The position numbers were made by a program, and so were the translations under genes. 64,000 bases of DNA from Pseudomonadota bacterium (GTDB lineage Bacteria > Bdellovibrionota > UBA1018 > CAIMNF01): the NCBI GenBank assembly GCA_027486675.1, contig JAIXOQ010000006.1, positions 9,125 through 73,124 on the forward strand, in the 5' to 3' direction. The notes under the pieces were generated by a model. It was not told the DNA's origin, did no database searches, and saw only the letters and a list, made by a program, of their open reading frames with translations. Below, piece after piece: positions 47,258 through 56,974 of this stretch. How positions within the stretch are numbered: position 1 is the first letter of the stretch; each line of letters opens with the position of its first letter.

Positions 47258-48439
47258 TCCCAAGTGAGGTCGATTTTTCCTAAGCCAATATTTTTAGGCA
47301 GCGCAACCCGGTCTCCCATTGGAAAATTTGGTGGATCCTTAAAGCGGTTCTCTGCTAGTGAGCTCGCGGCACTTTGTTTAAAGGAAGCCCACAAACGATC
47401 TGCGTCAGATGCGCCAGTTGACCTTGTTGTGCTCGGGCACGCCCGTCAGGCCGGTGCTCGGCCAAATCCTGCACGTCAGGCCACACTCTTCTCGGGTCTT
47501 TCTGAATCGGTACCCGCCATTACAGTGAATCAGGCTTGCGCCTCGGGACTCGCATCCGTGCTGCTGGCTTCGGATCAGATCGCCCTCGGTCGCGCGAAGC
47601 GCATCTTTGCGGGCGGCGTAGAAAGCATGTCGAATACTCCTTATCTGCTGATGCCGGGACGATTTGGGCTACGGATGGGGAATACAGAGATCCTAGATGG
47701 CATGACTCAAGATGGATTTTTCTGTCCGATGGCTGGAATGCTGATGGGGGCCACTGTAGAAGAATTCATCGCCAAAGAGCTTCAAATCAGCAGATCTGAG
47801 CAAGATGAGTATGCAGTGCTTTCCCAAACCAGAGCTGAAAGATCTTGGAACGAGGGCTTGTTTCTCCCTGAGACTTTTGTCATTCCAGGCGATGGCAAGA
47901 GTCCGGACTTTCGGGAGGATGAACATCGAAGGGCGGGCACAACTTCTGCAAGTTTGGTGAAACTTGCGCCAGTTTTTGATCCAAAAAGTGGTTCGGTTAC
48001 GGCTGGAAACTCAAGTGGGATCACCGATGGTTCCGCCTTCTTGGAAGTCACTGCAGATCGCACTGCGGCCTCTCAGGTGGAGCTGCTCGATTCTGAAACC
48101 ATTGCGCTCGATCCTAAGCGCATGGGGCTCGGTCCCATTGAGGCAACGTTGCGGCTGCTTCGGCGCCAGGGGATCTCCATAAGCGACTTAGACTTCATTG
48201 AACTCAACGAGGCATTTGCGGCACAGGTGATTGCATGTTTGAGGGGCCTTAAGACTTCAGAGGGAAAAGTCAATCTAAGAGGCGGCGCGATCGCGATCGG
48301 TCATCCGATTGGCGCAACGGGTACCCGAATCTTAGTGACACTGATTCACCAAATGCTTGGAAAGCCAGGCTCGCTTGGACTTGCGACATTATGCGTAAGC
48401 GGAGGTCAGGGGGTTTCCGTTCTGCTCCGTTCGCTTTAG
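47255..48439 (+). CDS. acetyl-CoA C-acyltransferase (thiolase)
   Basis: NQACASG, NEAFA, GHPIGATG, LCVSGG. Confidence 0.95.
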   Translation: MSQVRSIFPKPIFLGSATRSPIGKFGGSLKRFSASELAALCLKEAHKRSASDAPVDLVVLGHARQAGARPNPARQATLFSGLSESVPAITVNQACASGLASVLLASDQIALGRAKRIFAGGVESMSNTPYLLMPGRFGLRMGNTEILDGMTQDGFFCPMAGMLMGATVEEFIAKELQISRSEQDEYAVLSQTRAERSWNEGLFLPETFVIPGDGKSPDFREDEHRRAGTTSASLVKLAPVFDPKSGSVTAGNSSGITDGSAFLEVTADRTAASQVELLDSETIALDPKRMGLGPIEATLRLLRRQGISISDLDFIELNEAFAAQVIACLRGLKTSEGKVNLRGGAIAIGHPIGATGTRILVTLIHQMLGKPGSLGLATLCVSGGQGVSVLLRSL

Positions 48440-48450
48440 AATAGGGTTCT

Positions 48451-48693
48451 ATGAGAAAGCTACTATTTGTTGTTTGTGGAGTTTTAGCTTTAGGGGCAGT
48501 TTCTACTTTTGCGGAAGAAGCCAAAAAGGCGACCAAGCACGAGTGCAAATGTAAAGGCAAAGAGCATGCGAAGTGTGACAAATGTCACAAAGGACAGAAG
48601 GAATGCACCTGTGATCAAGCGAAAAGCGATCACAAAGGTCATCACCACGAGGAGGCTGCACCGGCCGAAGCCACCGAAGAAAAACATTCTTAA
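48451..48693 (+). CDS. small exported Cys/His-rich protein
   Basis: Signal peptide then CxC, CxxC, CxC and HHH. Confidence 0.75.
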   Translation: MRKLLFVVCGVLALGAVSTFAEEAKKATKHECKCKGKEHAKCDKCHKGQKECTCDQAKSDHKGHHHEEAAPAEATEEKHS

Positions 48694-48711
48694 TTTCGCA
48701 GGAGATCAAAG

Positions 48712-49470
48712 ATGCACTTTCTACTTTTAGTTCTCACTACGGGTGTGGCACAGGCTTCTGTGCCCGAGCGCATTTTTGAAATGACCGGGAAGATCTATAT
48801 CAAAAAAGATCTTCCCGGCTCCTGTGAAAACGTGAATTTAGGTTTCGCTTGTGATGCCCCAAACTTCGGCTCGTTTCATGCTGAATCCTTTCGTACCGGG
48901 ACTGAGGTTTACTCCAAGTCAAAGTTTTCAAATGCGAGCGGCGAGCAGGTGCTCGAGGAATCCTGGCGAGAGGGCGCGAAGCTTTTACGGGCTAAGATTG
49001 TGAACCGCCAGCTCAAGATTGCATCTACAGTCGACATCAAGGACGGCTATGCGTTTTTCAAGGTTGTGCACGATGATGGCCGCGTGGAAGATGCAAAAGA
49101 GTCAGTCGATGATTCTATTGTCGTTCCATCCACTTTGATGGCCTATCTGAAGCCGCGCATGAAAACGATCGAAGACGGCGGCGAGGTCACGGTGAAAATG
49201 GCCGTTCTTGACCGAAAAGCTGCTTACACTTTTGATATTAAAAAAATGGGTACCGCCGCGGCAAACGGGGGTGGCCAGCTTTTGGTGCTTCGGATGAAGC
49301 CTGCAAATTGGATTATTTCTAAGATTGTGGATCCTCTTTATTTTTATCTAGACCAGAAAACCGATCGTTTGATTGGTTTTGATGGCCGCAGTGCGCTTCG
49401 TCGTCAAGACGGGGAAAAACTGAGGGACATCGATGCGAAGGTCGCATACAATGTGCTTCTTAATTTATGA
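48712..49470 (+). CDS. exported hypothetical protein
   Basis: AGGAG SD, short signal peptide (AQA), beta-rich; ATGA coupling to the next gene. Confidence 0.75.
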   Translation: MHFLLLVLTTGVAQASVPERIFEMTGKIYIKKDLPGSCENVNLGFACDAPNFGSFHAESFRTGTEVYSKSKFSNASGEQVLEESWREGAKLLRAKIVNRQLKIASTVDIKDGYAFFKVVHDDGRVEDAKESVDDSIVVPSTLMAYLKPRMKTIEDGGEVTVKMAVLDRKAAYTFDIKKMGTAAANGGGQLLVLRMKPANWIISKIVDPLYFYLDQKTDRLIGFDGRSALRRQDGEKLRDIDAKVAYNVLLNL

Positions 49471-50177
49471 AAAAATTCTCGATCAAAATCTATTCCGACG
49501 GTGCTGAAAAAGACCAACTTCTTGCGATGAATGAGAACCCGCTGATTAGCGGAATGACCACCAATCCATCTCTCATGAAGAAGGCGGGCGTCAGTGATTA
49601 CCGCAAGTTCGCACTCGATATTTTAGGCAGCATCAAAGAAAAGCCTATTTCGTTTGAAGTGTTCGCGGATGACTTTCCTGAGATGGAGCGCCAAGCCCGC
49701 GACATCATGACTTGGGGGAAGAACGTTTACGTGAAGATCCCGATTCAGAATTCGAAGGGTCAGTCCTCGGTGCCTTTGGTTCGCACACTGACGAAGGCCG
49801 GTGCAAAACTCAACGTGACTGCGATCTACACAGTCCGTCAGGTCGTCGATGCGTGTGCGGCTCTGGAAGGTGGGGCTCCATCTATTGTTTCGGTGTTTGC
49901 GGGCAGGGCGGCAGACCTCGGCCACGATCCTGTCCCAACCCTGACTGCAGCCTCTGAAATTTGTAAGAGTTTTGGTTCACAAATTGAGAGTCTCTGGGCA
50001 TCAACACGGGAGGTTTACAATATCCTTCAGGCGCAACAATGCGGTTGTGGAATCATCACCGTGCCCTTTGATGTCGTGGCGAAACTGAAATCCCCGTGGA
50101 AGACCCTCGACGAACTCAGTCTTGAGACAGTGCAGACCTTTAAGAAAGACTCTGAAGCTGCAGGCTTCCACCTATAA
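49467..50177 (+). CDS. transaldolase family protein
   Basis: TTNPSL, YVKIP, NVTA, SVFAGR, LWAS. Confidence 0.92.
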   Translation: MKKFSIKIYSDGAEKDQLLAMNENPLISGMTTNPSLMKKAGVSDYRKFALDILGSIKEKPISFEVFADDFPEMERQARDIMTWGKNVYVKIPIQNSKGQSSVPLVRTLTKAGAKLNVTAIYTVRQVVDACAALEGGAPSIVSVFAGRAADLGHDPVPTLTAASEICKSFGSQIESLWASTREVYNILQAQQCGCGIITVPFDVVAKLKSPWKTLDELSLETVQTFKKDSEAAGFHL

Positions 50178-50208
50178 GCGACATGCTTGTTTGTGATAAA
50201 ACCAATCC

Positions 50209-51672
50209 ATGCGTTCAGAGCAGGAATTGGTACGTTGTGACAAATTAGAGCGATTAAAAAGTGCGGGCATTGATCCCTATCCAGAAGGGTTCAAACAGAC
50301 TCATTCTTTAAAGGAAGCAATGGTTTTAGCCGATGGTGCTGAGCCTGTGCGCATTGCAGGACGGATCACGTCCATCAGAAAGCTTGGAAAACTATCCTTC
50401 GTACATCTGCAAGACCTGGAAGGAAAAGTGCAGCTCTGCATCAAGATCGATGATTTGGGCGCTGATCGGTATGCGCAATTCTCTGAACTTACGGACATCG
50501 GCGATTTCATCGGCGCATCTGGTGTGATGTTCACGACCCGGGTCGGGGAAAAAACTCTTCAAGTCCATGACTATCAATTTTTGGGGAAGTGTCTGCGACC
50601 CCTCCCAGAAAAATGGCATGGGTTAACTGATGTGGAATTACGGTATCGGCAGCGCTACTTAGACCTTGTGATGAATGAGGAGACCAGAAAACGGTTTCTC
50701 CTGCGAACGACACTGCTTCGGGAATTGCGCAGATTTTTAGAAGACCAGAATTTTCTTGAGGTGGAGACCACAACGCTGCAGCCGAATCCCTCCGGCGCTT
50801 TAGCGAAGCCCTTTAAGACGCATCACAATGCGCTTGGTATTGATTTGTTCTTGAGAATTGCACCTGAAACGTATCTGAAGCGACTGATCGTCGGAGGCTT
50901 TCATCATATTTTTGAAGTTGCCCGATGTTTTAGAAACGAAGGCATTTCGCCCTACCACCTGCAAGAATTCACTATGGTGGAGGGATATTCAGCCTACTGG
51001 AGTTATCGCGACAATATGGATCTGATGCGGAAGCTCTTTCAGCATCTCATCCAGAAGACCCTAGGCACCTTAGAGGTCACGATCGAAGGTAAGCTCGTGA
51101 ATTTTGCAGGCGATTGGGGGCATATCTCGTTTCGTGATCTACTGCTTAAGGATTGTGGAATCGACATTGATCAGCACATGACAGCGAAATCACTTCTTGC
51201 GGCCATAGAAGGGAAGGGCATTGAGCTGGAGGACGCGGCATCTTTAGGGCGTGGGAATCTCATCGATACCCTTTATAAGAAAGTATCGCGTCCAAAAATC
51301 TCGGGGCCTGTGTTTCTGGTAGAACATCCGATCGATCTATCTCCGCTTGCGCGTGCCAACTCGAAGAATCCGCTTCTCACCGATCGTTTTCAATTGGTGG
51401 TGAACGGCGTCGAACTTGTAAACGCTTACTCAGAGCTTGTGGACCCAGTTGAACAGCAGAAGCGCCTTGAAGAACAAGCGAGTCTCAACGCTGCCGGTGA
51501 TCAAGAGGCGATGGTGACGGATGAAGACTACGTCATAGCTATGGAATTTGGCATGCCGCCGATCTCTGGGTGGGGCATAGGTATTGATCGATTGGTGCAG
51601 TTACTCACCGGGGTAGATAACATCAAGGACTGTGTGTTGTTTCCGCTCGCGCGAAAGGTAAGTGCAACATGA
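50209..51672 (+). CDS. lysS: lysine--tRNA ligase (class II)
   Basis: RYRQRYLDL, LRIAPE.YLKRL, FRNEG, GMPP.SG.GIGIDRL. Confidence 0.97.
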   Translation: MRSEQELVRCDKLERLKSAGIDPYPEGFKQTHSLKEAMVLADGAEPVRIAGRITSIRKLGKLSFVHLQDLEGKVQLCIKIDDLGADRYAQFSELTDIGDFIGASGVMFTTRVGEKTLQVHDYQFLGKCLRPLPEKWHGLTDVELRYRQRYLDLVMNEETRKRFLLRTTLLRELRRFLEDQNFLEVETTTLQPNPSGALAKPFKTHHNALGIDLFLRIAPETYLKRLIVGGFHHIFEVARCFRNEGISPYHLQEFTMVEGYSAYWSYRDNMDLMRKLFQHLIQKTLGTLEVTIEGKLVNFAGDWGHISFRDLLLKDCGIDIDQHMTAKSLLAAIEGKGIELEDAASLGRGNLIDTLYKKVSRPKISGPVFLVEHPIDLSPLARANSKNPLLTDRFQLVVNGVELVNAYSELVDPVEQQKRLEEQASLNAAGDQEAMVTDEDYVIAMEFGMPPISGWGIGIDRLVQLLTGVDNIKDCVLFPLARKVSAT

Positions 51673-53033
51673 TGAACGTATCGATCATTGGTACGGGTTA
51701 TGTGGGTCTCACAACGGGTGCCGCTTTGGCCTTTTTAGGGCATCGGGTGACCTGCATTGATATCGACCCAAAAAAAGTAGAGCAGCTCAAGCGTGGCGAG
51801 TGTCCAATCTATGAGCCTGAGCTTGAGAACATTCTGAAAGGCTGTAGAGATCGACTCACTTTTACGACGGATTACGAACCTGCAATCTCTGGCTCGCAAG
51901 TGGTCTTTATCGCAGTGGGCACGCCGTCTCAGGCCGATGGGCAGCCGGACCTTTCTTACTTAAAGAGTGCGGCACAGGCAGTGGGTCGCAACTTGGGACC
52001 AAAATTTACGGTGGTGGTGAACAAGAGCACCGTGCCGATTGGGAGTGGAAATTGGGTGGAATCGATTGTTCGTGACGCCATGAGGGAGGCAAAGAAGGAG
52101 GCTTCTTTTAGCGTGGTTTCTAACCCAGAGTTCTTGCGTGAAGGTTCGGCCTTGTCTGACATGCTGTACCCAGACCGTATCGTCGTGGGTTCGGAGGATC
52201 CCTCTGCAACCACAGTGATGCAGGACTTGTATTTACCGCTTTTAAAACAAAGTTTTGATTCGCCCAAGAACCTTCCCCGTCCGAAAGGATTTGTTCAGTC
52301 GCCGTTTGTCGCCACCGATCTGCAGAGTGCTGAGCTGATCAAATATGCAGCCAATGCGTTTTTAGCACTGAAGATTAGCTTCATTAACGAAGTGGCAGAA
52401 CTTGCAGAGCGTGTCGGAGCCAATGCAGGACATATCGCTCGCGGGATTGGGCTAGATGCAAGGATCGGAGAGCGCTTTCTTCAAGCAGGCATAGGTTGGG
52501 GCGGGTCCTGTTTTGCAAAAGACACCAGTGCCCTGATTTCAACCGCACGCGAATACGGTCTGCCCATGTCGATCACGCAAGCTGCACGCGATGTGAACTC
52601 CAGGCAGCGTGCAAGGGTCATTGAGATTTTGCTCAGTGAGCTTCGCATTTTGAAAGGGAAGAAGATTGGTATTTTAGGTTTGGCTTTCAAGCCGTTTACC
52701 GATGATCTTCGGGACGCACCTGCTTTTGAGATCTCATCCCGACTGAAGGAACGTGGGGCCAAGGTTGTAGGTTATGATCCGATCGCAAATTCCAGAGTGC
52801 GTCAGGAATGGGCCGATCGTGGCCCAATCGTGGCAGATTCTGTCGCAGAGGTTTTCGCAGAGTCAGACGCTGTGGTTTTAGTCACGGAGTGGCCAGAGCT
52901 TGTGAACTCCGATTGGAAGGCCCTGTTGCCCTCTATGAAGAATAAACTCGTGGTGGATGGTCGCAGCGCTTTAGACCGGCCAACCCTGACTGGTCTGGGT
53001 GCAAAGCTGATTATCATGGGGTACGGCGCATGA
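51669..53033 (+). CDS. ugd: UDP-glucose 6-dehydrogenase
   Basis: GTGYVG, KSTVP, NPEFLREG, GGSCF.KD, TDDLR. Confidence 0.93.
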   Translation: MMNVSIIGTGYVGLTTGAALAFLGHRVTCIDIDPKKVEQLKRGECPIYEPELENILKGCRDRLTFTTDYEPAISGSQVVFIAVGTPSQADGQPDLSYLKSAAQAVGRNLGPKFTVVVNKSTVPIGSGNWVESIVRDAMREAKKEASFSVVSNPEFLREGSALSDMLYPDRIVVGSEDPSATTVMQDLYLPLLKQSFDSPKNLPRPKGFVQSPFVATDLQSAELIKYAANAFLALKISFINEVAELAERVGANAGHIARGIGLDARIGERFLQAGIGWGGSCFAKDTSALISTAREYGLPMSITQAARDVNSRQRARVIEILLSELRILKGKKIGILGLAFKPFTDDLRDAPAFEISSRLKERGAKVVGYDPIANSRVRQEWADRGPIVADSVAEVFAESDAVVLVTEWPELVNSDWKALLPSMKNKLVVDGRSALDRPTLTGLGAKLIIMGYGA

Positions 53034-53956
53034 GGAAGCTTGCGATTGTCACAGGGGCTGCTGGGTTTGTTGGCAGCCATCTTTGTGAGCGGCTCTTAAA
53101 GGATGGATTTCGGGTTTTAGGGATAGACAACCTGTGCACCGGTGCAGAGAGAAATCTGAGGTCTTTTGGACACGACCCGCACTTTGAGTTTTTACGGGCC
53201 GATTGTTCTGAAGCTTTGTCTCTGCCAACATGCGATTGGGTTTTTCATTTTGCATCCCCAGCGTCCCCTCCGAAGTACGTGAAACTTGCGCTTGAGACCT
53301 TGCGGGTCAATGCGGAAGGAACGCGTCAACTCCTTCAGCACTGCGAGCGTGTGGGTTCAAAGTTCTTCTTAGCCAGCACGAGCGAAGTCTACGGGGATCC
53401 CATTGTTCATCCACAGCCTGAGTCTTACTTTGGAAATGTCAATTCTTATGGTGAACGCGCGATGTACGACGAAAGTAAGCGTTATGCGGAAGCAATCACC
53501 TATGTGTTTACAAAACAAAAAGGGGTGGATGCAAGGATCATTCGTATCTTTAACACCTACGGTCCGCGCATGGATCCTAAGGATGGGCGTGTCGTCACGA
53601 ACCTCATGCATCAGGCCCTAGAGGGGCGTCCGCTCACGATTTATGGGGATGGTTCTCAGACCAGAAGCTTTCAGTACATTTCTGATTTGATCGAAGGAAT
53701 TTCACGTTTGATGAAGGCCGATTATCAGGCACCCGTGAATTTAGGAAATCCAGTCGAGTTCACGATGCTAGAACTTGCAGAAGTGGTGAAGAAGGTAACG
53801 GGAACGGACGCGAAGATTGTATTTGAGCCGCTCCCTCAGGATGACCCAAAACAACGTAAGCCTGACATTGCGCTAGCGAAACGCATCTTAGACTGGGCAC
53901 CCCAGATTAAGCTTGAAGCGGGCTTAACGCAGATGCTCGCTTCGCTGAGGAGTTAG
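53030..53956 (+). CDS. UDP-glucuronate decarboxylase (UDP-xylose synthase-like)
   Basis: GAAGFVGS, ASPASP, STSEVYGDP, YDESKR, DDPKQRKPDI. Confidence 0.92.
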   Translation: MRKLAIVTGAAGFVGSHLCERLLKDGFRVLGIDNLCTGAERNLRSFGHDPHFEFLRADCSEALSLPTCDWVFHFASPASPPKYVKLALETLRVNAEGTRQLLQHCERVGSKFFLASTSEVYGDPIVHPQPESYFGNVNSYGERAMYDESKRYAEAITYVFTKQKGVDARIIRIFNTYGPRMDPKDGRVVTNLMHQALEGRPLTIYGDGSQTRSFQYISDLIEGISRLMKADYQAPVNLGNPVEFTMLELAEVVKKVTGTDAKIVFEPLPQDDPKQRKPDIALAKRILDWAPQIKLEAGLTQMLASLRS

Positions 53957-53962
53957 TCAGTC

Positions 53963-55213
53963 TTAGTCAACCAGCCCAGAAATAGTGCAAATCGACGACG
54001 ACTCTGCAAGGGCGTCGGATTGGTTTTGACTCAGCTTCTCGAACTCTTTTTTACGGTTCGCTTTCGCAAGCTTTTCAACACGAGGGAATCCGATCCAGCA
54101 GTAAATTTTGATTTTCCCGTCTGCAGATTTTGAGGTCACGATCGTTCGGCCGACCGATGGCTTCATCGTTGCAATCGCTTGTTCCCAGTCGCCCTTCTTA
54201 ATCAGGGTTTCGTTCGCAGATCCAGCAGTCTTCGCTTCGATGATCAGAACTTTGTTAGTCTTATCGGCTTCAATTTTTTCGCCACTTACCTTTGCGATAC
54301 GGTCTGCCTTAAATGGTGAAAGCGGAGTGTTTTTTCTGTCTGTGAGTGTTTGGTCTGATTGCAGGGTTGAAACAGGAATTGCAAGTTCGTACTTAAGCAC
54401 GTTCCCTGAAGCGCTGAGATCCTGTGTCGAAGAAAGCTGGTAGATATAGGCGTCAGCTCCAAGTTTTTTCACTTGGGTGAACCACTCTTTGGCAAGGGAA
54501 CTCTGTGCGTCATCGGCTAGGACGATATTGTCTGCGCTTGCGCTTGAACCATTGTAGAGGCCACGAAGGGCATCAAATGATTTTCCGCCGTCGCTTCTGA
54601 CATTGAGGTACGTGATCTTTGTGGCGCCGTCTTCTTTCGTCGAGGCTAATGCCCCGCCTGCAACGGACGGTACTGAACTGAGTGGAGTGGGTGATCCGAG
54701 GCTCTTAGGCGCAAGAGGATGCGCTTTCCCGCCGCCGCCTACGCTTCCATTTGCAGTGTATTCCAGGCTAGCTAGAGTTTCTAAGGACCGAACATTTTTT
54801 GGTTCTTCGGCCTTCGGAGCGGGTTTTTTTGTTTTGTGATTGAGATCAAATCCGCAGTCGGTTTTGTAATTGTCCGATGAACATGAAGTCCCACGGCGAT
54901 AGCGGTAGTAGGAGTGACTTTCATAAGAGTGTGAATACTGCACAACGCGACGATTGCCTTGATGACTCCCAGGTACTGATGGATATGTCGCTGGTCCACC
55001 GTTGCCTGAAGAACCGCCACCCGATTGACCTGGAGGTGGTGTGCCCAGATCTTGCCCCTTTTGAGCTTCAGCTCCTGCGAGTGCAGCGCCCGAAGACTTC
55101 GTTTGTTTTGCTTCCGGCTGCGGCGTCTGGGCGGCTGGCTTCGATCCGCTGCATCCGGCTAAGAGTGCAGTCATCAAAGAAACTGAGACGGTTTTAGATC
55201 TAAGCGTCAACAT
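53963..55213 (-). CDS. hypothetical lipoprotein
   Basis: LLAG-C lipobox, low-complexity linker. Confidence 0.75.
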   Translation of the reverse strand: MLTLRSKTVSVSLMTALLAGCSGSKPAAQTPQPEAKQTKSSGAALAGAEAQKGQDLGTPPPGQSGGGSSGNGGPATYPSVPGSHQGNRRVVQYSHSYESHSYYRYRRGTSCSSDNYKTDCGFDLNHKTKKPAPKAEEPKNVRSLETLASLEYTANGSVGGGGKAHPLAPKSLGSPTPLSSVPSVAGGALASTKEDGATKITYLNVRSDGGKSFDALRGLYNGSSASADNIVLADDAQSSLAKEWFTQVKKLGADAYIYQLSSTQDLSASGNVLKYELAIPVSTLQSDQTLTDRKNTPLSPFKADRIAKVSGEKIEADKTNKVLIIEAKTAGSANETLIKKGDWEQAIATMKPSVGRTIVTSKSADGKIKIYCWIGFPRVEKLAKANRKKEFEKLSQNQSDALAESSSICTISGLVD

Positions 55214-55233
55214 AAGGGACCTTTCGTGCGTTA

Positions 55234-56826
55234 TTACTGGGTGATCAAGCTTGGTGTTCCGGTGATTGGGATCACTTTGCTATTTGGATCTATTTGGAAG
55301 AAGCAGGTCACGTCTCCCGCGATGAAGGCGTTTAAGAAGAACTGCTCGCGGTCGCTTCCTGAAAGAGTTGCGTCTTCTTTTTGGACTTTGTTGAGTTCAA
55401 TTCCTCTCTTGATATCCTTCGGCTTAAATCCGTTCAGGCCCTTATTCTCTTCTTTCGCGGCCATGTAGGCCCCGTACTCTGGCTTTATGGCGCGAAGAAT
55501 CTTTTCAGCCTCCGTGACCGGGATCGTCCATTTGCAAGCAATCATATCGTTACTCGAGCGAACGCTTAAGTCGCGGACATTTGATTTCTTTGCTGCATCG
55601 ATCTCAATTCTATTCCAGTTTCCTAACTTATCGGTTCGTCCAGCAAGAATCAGCAGCTCATACAAGGCCTGATCCTTGCTGTGCGTTTTAAAATAAGAAT
55701 CCTGTTCCTGCGTTAGATCTTTAAATTTCTTTGCCTTTTTTTCATAGACGACCTGCATCGTGGGAAGATTCGCGTTACTGGTGACCGACCCATTGCCTGT
55801 CTTGCTATTCACGTTTGCATAGACCGGTTTCTTCTGATCGTCGAAGGTGTAGATGGTCGCGGCTGTAGGGCCATTTGCGATCTGAGATTCCATTTCAGCC
55901 ATATAAGCATCAATCTGATCCGCGACTTCTTCAGCCTTCGAACCAACAACCACATTTGCATCTTTTAAAAGCCCAGGCGTTACTTTCAGGGCAACGGCGC
56001 TAGGGCGGCTGAAGCTGGTGAAGCAGGTGTAAGAACAGACGTCCTTCACTGTAAGAAGGATTACGTTTCCTTTCTTGTCTTTGCCCTTCGTTGGGTCCTC
56101 CTTGAAAAGAGTGTCAATCTTCGTTGGATCAGGGGCTCTAACGCAAATATTATTGATCCCCCAACGGCGAGTGATATCAAACGCGCCAGCATCTTTCAGA
56201 TCGGCGAACTGCGAAGCGATCCGTTGGCCACTACTTTTTGAAGCAAGCTCTTCCCAAACTGAGACATTGCTGTCCGGGTAGCTGGTTTCGTTTTTAATCG
56301 AGAGCTTTACATCAGCGCGAAGATTGAGGCGGCTAAAAATGTTCATCGCATTTTCTTTGTTGACCAGGATCGTGAGTGCTTCTTCGGCTACAGGAGTAGG
56401 CTTATTCTTCTTCTCTTTCTTATCGATTGAAGCATCTTCTTCTTTTTCATCTCGTTTACGGCTACCATCACGCTCAACTTCAATGGGACGGGATTTTTCT
56501 GAATAACGCTTGAGTCCGCTTGAATATCCGCCGCTCGAATCGCTTCCACCACCGCAGGTCATGTCATACGGAAAACAGAAAGCGCCAGTCATGCCGGTGT
56601 TGCTTGCCGTTTCAGTTGTTACTGGCGGTGTATTGATTCCAAGATTGCCGCCGACATTTCTGACCTGTTTTGATCCAGCTTGACTGATGCGACTTGGATC
56701 TACGCCCCGTTGATTCTGCGCGAACGCCTGGTACTGTTGCTGCGCCGTTGGTGTATTAGACGATGTGCACGCGCTGAGCGCGGTTAACAAACCGATTGCG
56801 GCGATAGGGCGCATAGGTCGAATCAT
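55234..56826 (-). CDS. hypothetical lipoprotein
   Basis: LSA-C lipobox, AGGAGG SD. Confidence 0.78.
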   Translation of the reverse strand: MIRPMRPIAAIGLLTALSACTSSNTPTAQQQYQAFAQNQRGVDPSRISQAGSKQVRNVGGNLGINTPPVTTETASNTGMTGAFCFPYDMTCGGGSDSSGGYSSGLKRYSEKSRPIEVERDGSRKRDEKEEDASIDKKEKKNKPTPVAEEALTILVNKENAMNIFSRLNLRADVKLSIKNETSYPDSNVSVWEELASKSSGQRIASQFADLKDAGAFDITRRWGINNICVRAPDPTKIDTLFKEDPTKGKDKKGNVILLTVKDVCSYTCFTSFSRPSAVALKVTPGLLKDANVVVGSKAEEVADQIDAYMAEMESQIANGPTAATIYTFDDQKKPVYANVNSKTGNGSVTSNANLPTMQVVYEKKAKKFKDLTQEQDSYFKTHSKDQALYELLILAGRTDKLGNWNRIEIDAAKKSNVRDLSVRSSNDMIACKWTIPVTEAEKILRAIKPEYGAYMAAKEENKGLNGFKPKDIKRGIELNKVQKEDATLSGSDREQFFLNAFIAGDVTCFFQIDPNSKVIPITGTPSLITQ

Positions 56827-56974
56827 AAAATCTGCCTCCTAGTAACAGTGCATGTTTTACACAAAGAGGGGATAGAATGCAAGATCAAAAAAGTCGGAGA
56901 TTGCTCTGTTAAAGATAATAAACAAAACATAACAATAAGGGCCGTGAGAGGACTAAGCCCAGAGCGTAGCCACC

